From a bacterium (lineage in GTDB: Bacteria > Patescibacteriota > Minisyncoccia > Phycocordibacterales > UBA1006), in the NCBI GenBank assembly GCA_037144045.1, contig JBAWXN010000001.1:203752-267751 (forward strand): a stretch of DNA of 64,000 nt, read 5' to 3'. Made by a program: the position numbers and the translations under genes. Positions 29,199 to 37,339 of the stretch are shown in pieces. Positions within the stretch are counted from its first letter, which is position 1. Every line of letters starts with the position of its first letter. The notes beneath the pieces were generated by a model. The model saw only the letters and a program-made list of their open reading frames with translations, did not search any database and was not told where the DNA came from.

Positions 29199-30431
29199 AT
29201 GAAACGCTTTTTTATTTTTATCGCAATTTTATTAGTAGTTATCATTGGTGGCACCGTTGTGTATGCTGCACTTAAACCTACTACCAGCAAACCCTTATCT
29301 ACACAACCCACTCCTCCTGCATCAAGTACTTCCGAAGTAGTTGTACCAGAAAAACCGCTCGTAACTCATATCGAGACCCCGAAACCCCTCAAGGCTCTTT
29401 ACATCTCGAGCTGGGTTGCTGCAAGTCCGAAACCGCTTGCGCACGTAATGGACATTATTGAATCTACAGAAATTAATGCTGTAGTAATTGATATTAAAGA
29501 CTCAACAGGAAAAATCTCGTTCCTTGTAGATGATCCAATTATTACTGCAACTAAATCTCCTGAGAACCGCATCAAAAATATTCGAGAATTCATTAATACA
29601 CTTCATGAAAAAAATATTTACGTAATTGGACGTGTTTCAACGTTTCAAGACGACTTTGTTGCAAAGTCAAAACCCGAATGGGCCCTTAAGAAAAAAAGTG
29701 ACGGATCAGTATGGAAAGATCGAAAAGGACTCCCGTTCCTCGATCCAGCAAACCCTGATGTTGTTAACTACCTTATCGCTATTGGACGTGCCTCGTACAA
29801 CGTAGGTTTCGATGAAATTAACTACGACTATATTCGGTACCCATCTGACGGAAATATTAAGGATATCGACTACAAATTAGCGCCAGGTAAAACTCGCGCT
29901 GATAATATCACAGCATTTGCAGAAAAATTGCATGATGAACTAAAAAAAGAAGCTGGAATTAAAATTTCAGCAGATGTATTCGGTCTCACAACAACAGAAA
30001 CTACTGACATGGGTATCGGGCAGGTATTCGAACGAATGCTTCCATACTTTGACTATATAGCACCTATGATCTACCCGTCACACTATGCAAATGGCGAATA
30101 CGGTATCAAAATACCTGCAGAAAAACCTTACGAAACGATCATGAAGGCGCTTGCTGGTGCTAAAAAGAAAACTCGCGAACTTGCTACAACTCGTAATTCT
30201 GAAGTTTCGGGAACGAGTACAGTTCAAACCAATGTGGTAGACGAAGCGAAAGCTGATGAACTATACGCAAAAGTACGTCCTTGGCTTCAAGATTTCTCAA
30301 TTGGTAAAACAAAGTATGATGTTACTAAAGTAGTAGCACAGATTAAGGCTACTAACGACTCGGGACTTGATTCATGGATGATGTGGGATCCAAGTAATCG
30401 TTATACAACAGGTGCTTATCAAAAGAACTAA
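29199..30431 (+). CDS. Secreted or membrane-anchored putative glycoside hydrolase (DUF4015-like TIM barrel)
   Basis: N-terminal TM/signal segment. KALYISSWVAASPKPLAHVMDIIESTEINAVVIDIK...LDPANPDVVNYLIAIGRASYNVGFDEINYDYIRYP. Confidence 0.55.
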   Translation: MKRFFIFIAILLVVIIGGTVVYAALKPTTSKPLSTQPTPPASSTSEVVVPEKPLVTHIETPKPLKALYISSWVAASPKPLAHVMDIIESTEINAVVIDIKDSTGKISFLVDDPIITATKSPENRIKNIREFINTLHEKNIYVIGRVSTFQDDFVAKSKPEWALKKKSDGSVWKDRKGLPFLDPANPDVVNYLIAIGRASYNVGFDEINYDYIRYPSDGNIKDIDYKLAPGKTRADNITAFAEKLHDELKKEAGIKISADVFGLTTTETTDMGIGQVFERMLPYFDYIAPMIYPSHYANGEYGIKIPAEKPYETIMKALAGAKKKTRELATTRNSEVSGTSTVQTNVVDEAKADELYAKVRPWLQDFSIGKTKYDVTKVVAQIKATNDSGLDSWMMWDPSNRYTTGAYQKN

Positions 30432-30452
30432 TATATGGTATAGTAATTACCT

Positions 30453-30779
30453 ATGAAATACAGCACATGGATTATCGTATTAAGTATTGTTAACATCATT
30501 ACAATATTTTCAGGATTCCCGACTGGTACTAAAAGGGGTATTATTGTCGCAACTACGCTGATCTTTATCTTTATAGGACTCATTTTACGAGCTATCGAGA
30601 AAAAGCAAGCAGCACGCATTAAACAAAAAAAGCAGGTCATTGAACAGACTTACGACCATTCACTTGATCAAGTAGCCAAGGCTATTGCCGAAGACATTCA
30701 TGAGCAAGTAGAAGAAGAAATTAAAGAGATTACTCATCAAGAAGCTATTACACATCATGATAAAGAAACTATCTCATAA
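30453..30779 (+). CDS. Small membrane protein with a charged C-terminal tail
   Basis: Two TM helices, then KQKKQVIEQTYDHSLDQVAKAIAEDIHEQVEEEIKEI. Confidence 0.4.
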   Translation: MKYSTWIIVLSIVNIITIFSGFPTGTKRGIIVATTLIFIFIGLILRAIEKKQAARIKQKKQVIEQTYDHSLDQVAKAIAEDIHEQVEEEIKEITHQEAITHHDKETIS

Positions 30780-32001
30780 TCGATATTACTATCATGTACT
30801 CAAGGGAACAGGAATCACCGTTCTTGTTTTTTTGGTTTTTACCCTCGGAGTAATTGCAGGAACGAAGCCAGGAATTGCTAAGATAGTAGGTGCAAACAGT
30901 ATCGTAAATACAGAACCTCTTACCGCACAAAATAAGGATTTGTCTGAATTTTGGTATGTATGGAATTTAATGCAAGAAAAATATCCTTTCAAGGAAAAAA
31001 CTCCTGACAATACTGCTAAAATTTATGGAGCCATTTCAGGAATGGTAAGTTCGTACAAAGATCCTTATACGGTATTTTTCCCACCTCAAGAAGCAAAACT
31101 GTTTGGTGATCAAGTAAAAGGATCGTTTGGTGGTGTAGGTATGGAAGTGGGTATTAAAAAAGGATTTATTACCGTAGTAGCACCTATGAAAGGTTCTCCC
31201 GCAGAAAAGGCTGGGATCAAAGCTGGTGATATTGTTACAGAAATCAACGGTAAAAAAACGGACGATATGGATATTGATTCAGCAATATCGCTTATTCGCG
31301 GGGAGGTGGGAACCATGGTTGACTTGAGTGTGGCTCGTAGCGGGTCACTAGAATTCCTTCATTTTAAAATTATTCGAGATATTGTAAAAGTCCCTGTTAT
31401 CGAAACCAAAGAACAAGGTGATGTATTTATTATTAGTTTCTATAGTTTCTCTGAGGACTCGGCTGAACTCTTTACTCAAGCTTTAGAAAAATTCGTTGCG
31501 TCTGGCAAAACAAAACTAGTAATAGACCTACGTAACAACCCAGGTGGATACCTTGATGCTGCTGTAGACATCGCAAGTTATTTCCTTCCTCGTGGTGCAA
31601 CCGTAGTAAAGGAAAATGCAGGTACTCAGGCTTCCGAAGTACTTCATGAAAGTAAAGGATACAGCCTCCTGAGTCGCATGCCAAAAATAGTTGTGCTCAT
31701 TAACAACGGATCTGCATCGGCTTCTGAAATTCTTGCCGGCGCTCTTTCGGAAGCTCAAGTAGCAACCCTCGTTGGGACCACTTCATTCGGAAAGGGTTCA
31801 GTACAGCAGGTAATCAACCTTGATGGGGGATCAGCTATTAAAATTACCGTAGCTAAATGGTTTACCCCTAAAGGAGTTTCTATTTCAGAAAAGGGAATTA
31901 TGCCAGGAGTAATCATAGAAGACAAACCAATACTTAATAAAAAGACGCAAAAATATTCAGATCCTCAACTTGAAAAAGCGATTGAAATTCTTGATAAGTA
32001 A
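30757..32001 (+). CDS. Carboxyl-terminal processing protease (S41 family, PDZ domain)
   Basis: PDZ region GGVGMEVGIKKGFITVVAPMKGSPAEKAGIKAGD. Catalytic region LRNNPGGYLDAAVDIAS and NNGSASASEILAGAL. N-terminal TM anchor. The 5' end overlaps the previous ORF, so the start is uncertain. Confidence 0.8.
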   Translation: MIKKLSHNRYYYHVLKGTGITVLVFLVFTLGVIAGTKPGIAKIVGANSIVNTEPLTAQNKDLSEFWYVWNLMQEKYPFKEKTPDNTAKIYGAISGMVSSYKDPYTVFFPPQEAKLFGDQVKGSFGGVGMEVGIKKGFITVVAPMKGSPAEKAGIKAGDIVTEINGKKTDDMDIDSAISLIRGEVGTMVDLSVARSGSLEFLHFKIIRDIVKVPVIETKEQGDVFIISFYSFSEDSAELFTQALEKFVASGKTKLVIDLRNNPGGYLDAAVDIASYFLPRGATVVKENAGTQASEVLHESKGYSLLSRMPKIVVLINNGSASASEILAGALSEAQVATLVGTTSFGKGSVQQVINLDGGSAIKITVAKWFTPKGVSISEKGIMPGVIIEDKPILNKKTQKYSDPQLEKAIEILDK

Positions 32002-32009
32002 CAACACGT

Positions 32010-32453
32010 ATGAAAGTAGTATTTAGAAAAAATGTAAAAGGTATAGGAAAGATTGATGAAATTAAAGAAGTAGCTGATGGATACGCTTTGAACTTTTTAA
32101 TCCCGAGCGGCTCTGCGGTACGTGCTACCGACGAAGTAATAGCTGCTATCGCCGCTAAAAAAGCAGACCAACAAAAATATGAGGTTATCAAAGACACTCA
32201 ATTAAAAGAGTTATTGAATACCTTAACTCGTGCTGGCGGTGTGACTATCCATGGACATCCTCATAGTAAAAATAATCTCTATCAATCAATCACCGTACAA
32301 GAAATCGTGCACGCTATTAATGAACAGCACCATATCTTTGTACCGAAGGATTTAATTATCGATTATAAACCCATCAAGGAAACAGGCGATCACCTACTGA
32401 CTATTGGTACCAAAAAGCACTCAATACCTTACACAATAAAAATTCCCTCATAA
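32010..32453 (+). CDS. rplI: Ribosomal protein L9
   Basis: MKVVFRKNVKGIGKIDEIKEVADGYALNFLIPSGSAVRATDE. Confidence 0.85.
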   Translation: MKVVFRKNVKGIGKIDEIKEVADGYALNFLIPSGSAVRATDEVIAAIAAKKADQQKYEVIKDTQLKELLNTLTRAGGVTIHGHPHSKNNLYQSITVQEIVHAINEQHHIFVPKDLIIDYKPIKETGDHLLTIGTKKHSIPYTIKIPS

Positions 32454-32467
32454 GAGGGAATTTTTAT
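32443..32467. terminator. Terminator between convergent rplI and rpmA
   Basis: tccctc-ataa-gaggga followed by atttttat. Confidence 0.55.
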
Positions 32468-32477
32468 ATGCTTCGTA

Positions 32478-32750
32478 TTAGATAACGTTAGCAACTTTTT
32501 TGTTTGAAGTAGTACCATCAAACTTCATTTTTCGTTTTGTAGTAAATTTTACTACACCTGTCTTGTCAGCATAGAGCGTGTGATCTTTCCCGACACGAAC
32601 GTTTTTACCAGCCAAGATACGAGTACCTCGTTGGCGAATGATCACAGAACCAGGTTGAGCGGCTTGCCCGTCATACAATTTGGTTCCCAAGTATTTAGGA
32701 TTTGAATCTCGAAGGTTTCGTGCGGTTCCTCCAGCTTTTCTATGTGCCAT
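32478..32750 (-). CDS. rpmA: Ribosomal protein L27
   Basis: [29 protein letters not shown]...[15 protein letters not shown]. Confidence 0.9.
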   Translation of the reverse strand: MAHRKAGGTARNLRDSNPKYLGTKLYDGQAAQPGSVIIRQRGTRILAGKNVRVGKDHTLYADKTGVVKFTTKRKMKFDGTTSNKKVANVI

Positions 32751-32843
32751 AGTGTTAATCGTTGAGCACAGAAGGCTTTGAGTTATTCCTTATAAATAAC
32801 TGAACCCCTGTTGCTATACTTTTTTTATTAATAATTAAGTTCT

Positions 32844-33275
32844 ATGAGTATACAAGAAATCGTTTTAAAAATCAAGGGCTTAGCAGGGAAGCGGGACCTC
32901 GATAAGCTCTATACCGTCGTCCAAGCCGTACTATTAGGTCTTTTAGGGCTTTGTTTTGGCCTTATAGGCTTCTTTATCGGGTCAGTGCATCAATTTAAGC
33001 TCCAAAAACAACCGAGCCCCATATCGGTGATTTATCCACCACTACCGACTACTCCTTACACTGAATCCAAAGGACAGGGGACCGTGAAATCACCACAAAC
33101 CCTATCACCAACACCTGATGGGAACTATATTGGATCTAAAACAGGGAAAACGTATTACACCAAAGATTGTAAAGGAATCAATCGCATAAAACCGGAAAAT
33201 CGAGTATACTTTATTACACAACAGGAAGCACAATCCCAAGGACGCTCCTTATCCAAGACCTGTACTTCTTCTTGA
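32844..33275 (+). CDS. Membrane-anchored small protein with a C-terminal Ada-like Zn-binding motif
   Basis: TM helix LLGLLGLCFGLIGFFIG. C-terminus YYTKDCKGINRIKPENRVYFITQQEAQSQGRSLSKTC resembles the Ada metal-binding pattern (C...I...N...F...A...G...C). Confidence 0.45.
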   Translation: MSIQEIVLKIKGLAGKRDLDKLYTVVQAVLLGLLGLCFGLIGFFIGSVHQFKLQKQPSPISVIYPPLPTTPYTESKGQGTVKSPQTLSPTPDGNYIGSKTGKTYYTKDCKGINRIKPENRVYFITQQEAQSQGRSLSKTCTSS

Positions 33276-33281
33276 TTATTT

Positions 33282-34187
33282 ATGAACGAATCAAAATCAG
33301 CACTTTTCTTTGTATTTCTCGTGACTGCACTTATTGTTGCAGGGTACATTTTGTATACCAAACAAACAGCAACTCCCTCAAGTATTGTTTCTGATCCAAT
33401 CGTTAACACAGGACAAGAAGTAAAAGGTGAGAGTGTTAATAGTACTAATACTGCAGCAATAACCAAAACAGTAACCGGCTCCGAGTTCACAAAAAAGAAT
33501 GCTTCGCTGCGTACAAAAATCAACCGTGAGAACATTATTTGGTTTACCAACTATGAACGTGCAAAAGTGAACCTACCACCACTCACAGCTTCAGCCCAAC
33601 TCAATACTTCAAGTTCTCGTAAAAACGATGACATGTTCGTACATCAATATTTTAACCATACCCGAGCAGCAAATCCACCAATCGGTTTTGATAGATTCAT
33701 TGACGATCAAAACTACACATTCATTAAGATAGGCGAGAACCTTGCTATGGGTGACTTTAGCAGCAGCGCTGAAATCGTGAATGCATGGATGAAAAGCCCT
33801 GCACATAAGAAAAACATACTTGATCCGATCTATCGCGATATTGGAGTAACGGCAACCCTTGGCACCATGAATGGCAAGGAAGTGTATCTTATTACTCAAC
33901 ACTTTGGCGATCCTCGCAGTAGTTGTCCAAGTATCAATGCAACTACTAAAGAGGCGATTGATGCTCTTAAAAATCATATTACTGAACTTCAGACAACCAT
34001 CAACGAGAAGCAGCAAGAGGTGACTCGAAGCAATCATACACTTGATCCACATTACGATTCATTAATCGAAGAATATAATTCATTTGTAACTTTGTACAAC
34101 AATGCTATAAAACAAATGGCATCACTTGTGAGTACGTATAACAAGCAAGTGCAATCATTCGATCGCTGTGTTCAAGGGAAGGGGTAG
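33282..34187 (+). CDS. CAP/SCP/PR-1 family secreted protein with an N-terminal TM anchor and a C-terminal coiled-coil
   Basis: NYERAKVNLPPL...GENLAMGDFSSSAEIVNAWMKSPAHKKNILDPIYRDIGV...YLITQHFG (CAP signatures). Confidence 0.75.
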   Translation: MNESKSALFFVFLVTALIVAGYILYTKQTATPSSIVSDPIVNTGQEVKGESVNSTNTAAITKTVTGSEFTKKNASLRTKINRENIIWFTNYERAKVNLPPLTASAQLNTSSSRKNDDMFVHQYFNHTRAANPPIGFDRFIDDQNYTFIKIGENLAMGDFSSSAEIVNAWMKSPAHKKNILDPIYRDIGVTATLGTMNGKEVYLITQHFGDPRSSCPSINATTKEAIDALKNHITELQTTINEKQQEVTRSNHTLDPHYDSLIEEYNSFVTLYNNAIKQMASLVSTYNKQVQSFDRCVQGKG

Positions 34188-34307
34188 TAATCAAGTACTG
34201 AGGCGCCCCATATATAGATATAGAAGGTTTAATTATGATAATGTCGCACAATATATCTTTTACGACATAGTCTATTATATAAACCATAGAATATATACTC
34301 CCAACAC

Positions 34308-34332
34308 AAAAGCCCGTCTCTAGGGCTTTTGT
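34308..34332. terminator. Terminator between the convergent CAP and ABC-F genes
   Basis: agccc-gtctct-agggct followed by ttttg. Confidence 0.5.
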
Positions 34333-34346
34333 TATAGATAGATAAC

Positions 34347-35846
34347 CTATTTACCTAAGTCGAGTACTTCATCAATGCGGATCTTCTCTACGAAGTCTGG
34401 TACGTGTGATACGACAATCATCGCTCCGGTAAATTTATTTAATGCTTCTGCAATTACAGGTAAATGTCTAAAGTTAATATGGTTGGTTGGTTCATCTAAA
34501 ATGAGCAAACCTGGTTTTTGTAGCACTAATCGTGCAAATGCTACCAACCCCTTTTGACCTTCTGATAAGACTCCAATTTTAGTGTACATCAGGTCTCCGG
34601 TGATCAAAAAGCTCGCGGCCGTTGCTCGCATGCGTTCTTCATCTAATTTCCCTTCGACTTCTTTAACCATGGCTGAAAGCGACTCATAAACGGTTTGATT
34701 GAAATCAAGCGTCGAGAAATCTTGACGGTAGTAACCAATACGGATACCTGATTGAATTGAAACTCCTTCGGCATTGTTTGATGCAAGGCGTTCGAGGAGT
34801 GTTGATTTCCCAATTCCATTAGGTCCTGCAAGTTGCAAATGTTGGTTTTTACGCAACTTCACTTTTACTTCTTTTTTCTTAGGTTTATGCGTTTTAAAAT
34901 CAAGTACCGACAGTGATTCAATAGTTACAATATCACCGTTAATATTTTCTTGAGCTGGAATAATGAATGCGCGAATGGTTTTGTCTTCTTTACGCACATC
35001 TACTTTTTCTTCTTCCATTTCGGCAGCGTCATCACGCATCCGTTTTGCAACGGCACGTAAATTCCCTCCTTTCATGGCGAATTTATTTGCCTGATCTTTC
35101 TTAGCTTGAATTTCTTTTGCGAGCAATGCGTTCTTACGATTTTCACGTTCAATACGCGCAGAAATGTCTTTAACTACATCGTAGTAGTTCCCTGTGTACT
35201 GTTCAATTTTTTTTGTATACACATCGAGGTACAACACACCTTCCGTAAATGAATTAAGGAACTCAGCATCATGGGAAATTACGACTACTGTTTTTTTGTA
35301 GTTCACCAAAAATTCAGTAAGGTGTTCAATTCCTGCATGATCAAGATTGTTGGTTGGTTCATCTAACAATAAAATATCAGGATTTTGAATCAAGGCTGAT
35401 GCAAGCAATAGTCGTGCCTGCTGACCCCCTGAAAACGATTTAATAATGCGATCATGAGGTGCATGGAGTCCAACCACTTCGAGGATGGCATCTATTTTAG
35501 GATCAATATCATATACTTTTTGAGTAAATGATTTTTCAAAAAACTCACGTACCGTAAGGTCAAGCTGGTCTCGTGGAATTACTTGTCGCGAAATAGCAAC
35601 AGTAGCACCTTTTTGAATATGGATTTCCCCCTCGGTTGGCTCATGGAGACCAGTAATCAATCCAAAGAGTGTCGACTTCCCTGCTCCGTTTTGACCCATG
35701 ATGGTAATTTTAGAGCCTTTGCGAATATTAAAAGACACCTCCGTAAGGATGGGTTTAATGTGACTGTATTCGTAACTCACTTCATCGAATCGTACAATAA
35801 CTTCATTCTTTGACATTAGGAATAGAGTGTACTCTATTTTAGACAA
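34347..35846 (-). CDS. ABC-F family ATPase (two tandem ABC cassettes, no TM domain)
   Basis: Two Walker A boxes (GQNGAGKST, GPNGIGKST). Two signature/Walker B boxes (SGGQQARLLLASAL...LLLDEPTN, SEGQKGLVAFARL...LILDEPTNH). Inter-domain linker. Confidence 0.8.
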   Translation of the reverse strand: MSKIEYTLFLMSKNEVIVRFDEVSYEYSHIKPILTEVSFNIRKGSKITIMGQNGAGKSTLFGLITGLHEPTEGEIHIQKGATVAISRQVIPRDQLDLTVREFFEKSFTQKVYDIDPKIDAILEVVGLHAPHDRIIKSFSGGQQARLLLASALIQNPDILLLDEPTNNLDHAGIEHLTEFLVNYKKTVVVISHDAEFLNSFTEGVLYLDVYTKKIEQYTGNYYDVVKDISARIERENRKNALLAKEIQAKKDQANKFAMKGGNLRAVAKRMRDDAAEMEEEKVDVRKEDKTIRAFIIPAQENINGDIVTIESLSVLDFKTHKPKKKEVKVKLRKNQHLQLAGPNGIGKSTLLERLASNNAEGVSIQSGIRIGYYRQDFSTLDFNQTVYESLSAMVKEVEGKLDEERMRATAASFLITGDLMYTKIGVLSEGQKGLVAFARLVLQKPGLLILDEPTNHINFRHLPVIAEALNKFTGAMIVVSHVPDFVEKIRIDEVLDLGK

Positions 35847-35955
35847 AAAGAAAAGGCTACTTCTTAGCCTTCTTTGGTTTCTTCGCGTCTTTCTTTTGAC
35901 TATTGTTTCCTTTCGCCATAGAGTTATTGGATTAGTTTGTAATACCTAAATTGTA

Positions 35956-36609
35956 TCACAGCTTATTCATGTATGCATTCCATAACGGATCATTATCAGC
36001 ACGATAGCCCCGCGCGCGACCTTCCTTACGACCATATTCTTTAATGGCATATCCTGCCGCGTTCCAATATTTTTGTGGAATTATTTCAAGGAGGTCTTGT
36101 TCAATTTTCGACGCATCAGTGTGTCGCGATAATTTAAAACGCTTTGCAAAACGAATCACATGCGTATCAACTGGAATTCCTACAAATATATTAAATCCAT
36201 TTGCAAGAACTGCAACAGCTGTTTTGCGCCCAACCCCTGGCAAGGTTATCAATTCATCAACGGTATGAGGAACCACACCATTAAATTCATTAATAACAAT
36301 GTGAGCCGTGCGTTTAATGTACGACGCCTTGGCACGAAAATAATTTACCCCAGAAACCATTTTTTGAATTGATGTAATATCGGCTTTTGCGAGCGCCTTG
36401 GGCGTTGGATATTTTTTAAATAATGCAGGCGTAATTTTATTAACCCCTTCATCAGTCATTTGCGCTGATAAAATAACTGCGACCAATAATTCCCAAGTAT
36501 TTGTATAATTCAAAAACGTAGCACTACGTTTATAGCGCTTCAAAAGAATAGGACCTATCGTTTTCCAGGTATTTTTTCGAGTTTCGAGTACCGACATATC
36601 CCCTATCAT
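35956..36609 (-). CDS. nth: HhH-GPD DNA glycosylase (endonuclease III-like) lacking the C-terminal 4Fe-4S Cys cluster
   Basis: LVAVILSAQMTDEGVNKITPALFKKYPTP, and HhH LITLPGVGRKTAVAVLANGF with catalytic K and D (VDTHV). The C-terminus ...YGRKEGRARGYRADNDPLWNAYMNKL has no CxxxxxxCxxCxxxxxC motif. Confidence 0.75.
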   Translation of the reverse strand: MIGDMSVLETRKNTWKTIGPILLKRYKRSATFLNYTNTWELLVAVILSAQMTDEGVNKITPALFKKYPTPKALAKADITSIQKMVSGVNYFRAKASYIKRTAHIVINEFNGVVPHTVDELITLPGVGRKTAVAVLANGFNIFVGIPVDTHVIRFAKRFKLSRHTDASKIEQDLLEIIPQKYWNAAGYAIKEYGRKEGRARGYRADNDPLWNAYMNKL

Positions 36610-36694
36610 AGCAGAATGCTAAGGTGTTGACATAATTTTAATTATAGGCTATTATTGTATTTGTTCATTTTTATAACACAAAATATTCTAAGAA

Positions 36695-37234
36695 ATGGGA
36701 ACACCAAAAGCCCTAAATCCGGACCTGTTAAAAGGCACCGAAGGTACGCTCTTACACGAGGTACTATCTACTACTAACGAAGAAACAGCTGCGTTCTTGC
36801 AGGAGGTTGGCAATGCGCCTACCGATACCGACAAGAAAGTAACCGACATTCTGCCGTTGGAAGCAGCCCTATTCCTGCATGCCAAAACTAATGGTGTTGC
36901 TGCCGAAAAACTTATTGATGATTTCAACACTGAAGTTGAAGCAAAGAAACAGGAAAACGGCAAAGAAATACCTGAGGGCGAGCGCGAGGCATTCTTCGAA
37001 AAACGTAAGCAGGTGAAAGCCGCAGCGCGTAAATTGAAGAAGAAAGCTGAGCTGTTTGCAGAAGTAGCCTGGGGCTCTATCCGCAGCCGCATAGAAGACA
37101 TTGAATCGCTGGAAATTCGTAATGGCGGAGCCATAATTGATGTTACAGCTGCAGAAGGTGAAAAATGCCCGAATTGTGGTAAGGTACACGGGAAAGGTGG
37201 CCTGGTAGAACTACTCGAGTTAGTACTCAGTTAA
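36695..37234 (+). CDS. Orphan acidic protein with a C-terminal CPNCGK zinc-ribbon-like motif and atypical composition
   Basis: 179-aa ORF. Local GC about 47% against about 38-40% in flanking genes. Codon choice enriched in ctg/gcc/ggc/cgc/ccg. Followed by its own strong terminator. The antisense ORF is low-complexity. Confidence 0.45.
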   Translation: MGTPKALNPDLLKGTEGTLLHEVLSTTNEETAAFLQEVGNAPTDTDKKVTDILPLEAALFLHAKTNGVAAEKLIDDFNTEVEAKKQENGKEIPEGEREAFFEKRKQVKAAARKLKKKAELFAEVAWGSIRSRIEDIESLEIRNGGAIIDVTAAEGEKCPNCGKVHGKGGLVELLELVLS

Positions 37235-37262
37235 TAACCAAAAAAACATTTCTTAATTCATT

Positions 37263-37293
37263 GAGTCTTGCTACCTGCAAGGCTCTTTTTTTG
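37263..37293 (+). terminator. Rho-independent terminator of the atypical orphan gene
   Basis: gagtcttgc-tacc-tgcaaggctc (one mismatch) followed by a T7 run. Confidence 0.6.
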
Positions 37294-37310
37294 GACAATT
37301 TACCAATATA

Positions 37311-37337
37311 AAAAACACCTTTTTGAGGTGTTTTTTA
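37311..37337 (-). terminator. Terminator downstream of the giant GLUG-repeat gene
   Basis: aaaaaacacctttttgaggtgtttttt (palindromic stem cacct/aggtg with A/T runs). Immediately 3' of the stop at 37340 on the minus strand. Confidence 0.6.
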
Positions 37338-37339
37338 TA

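Noticed and set aside
32751-32843. 7-bp inverted repeat agttatt/aataact in the rpmA upstream region as a possible operator
   Set aside because: Short AT-rich palindromes are expected by chance in a low-GC intergenic region. No second copy or associated regulator was seen.
36688-37134. 148-aa minus-strand ORF overlapping the atypical orphan gene
   Set aside because: Its translation is Ser/Ala/Phe-rich low complexity (SSDSMSSMRLR...SSAFFFNLRAAAF), typical of an antisense shadow frame. The plus-strand ORF has a coherent charged composition, a Zn-ribbon motif and a terminator.
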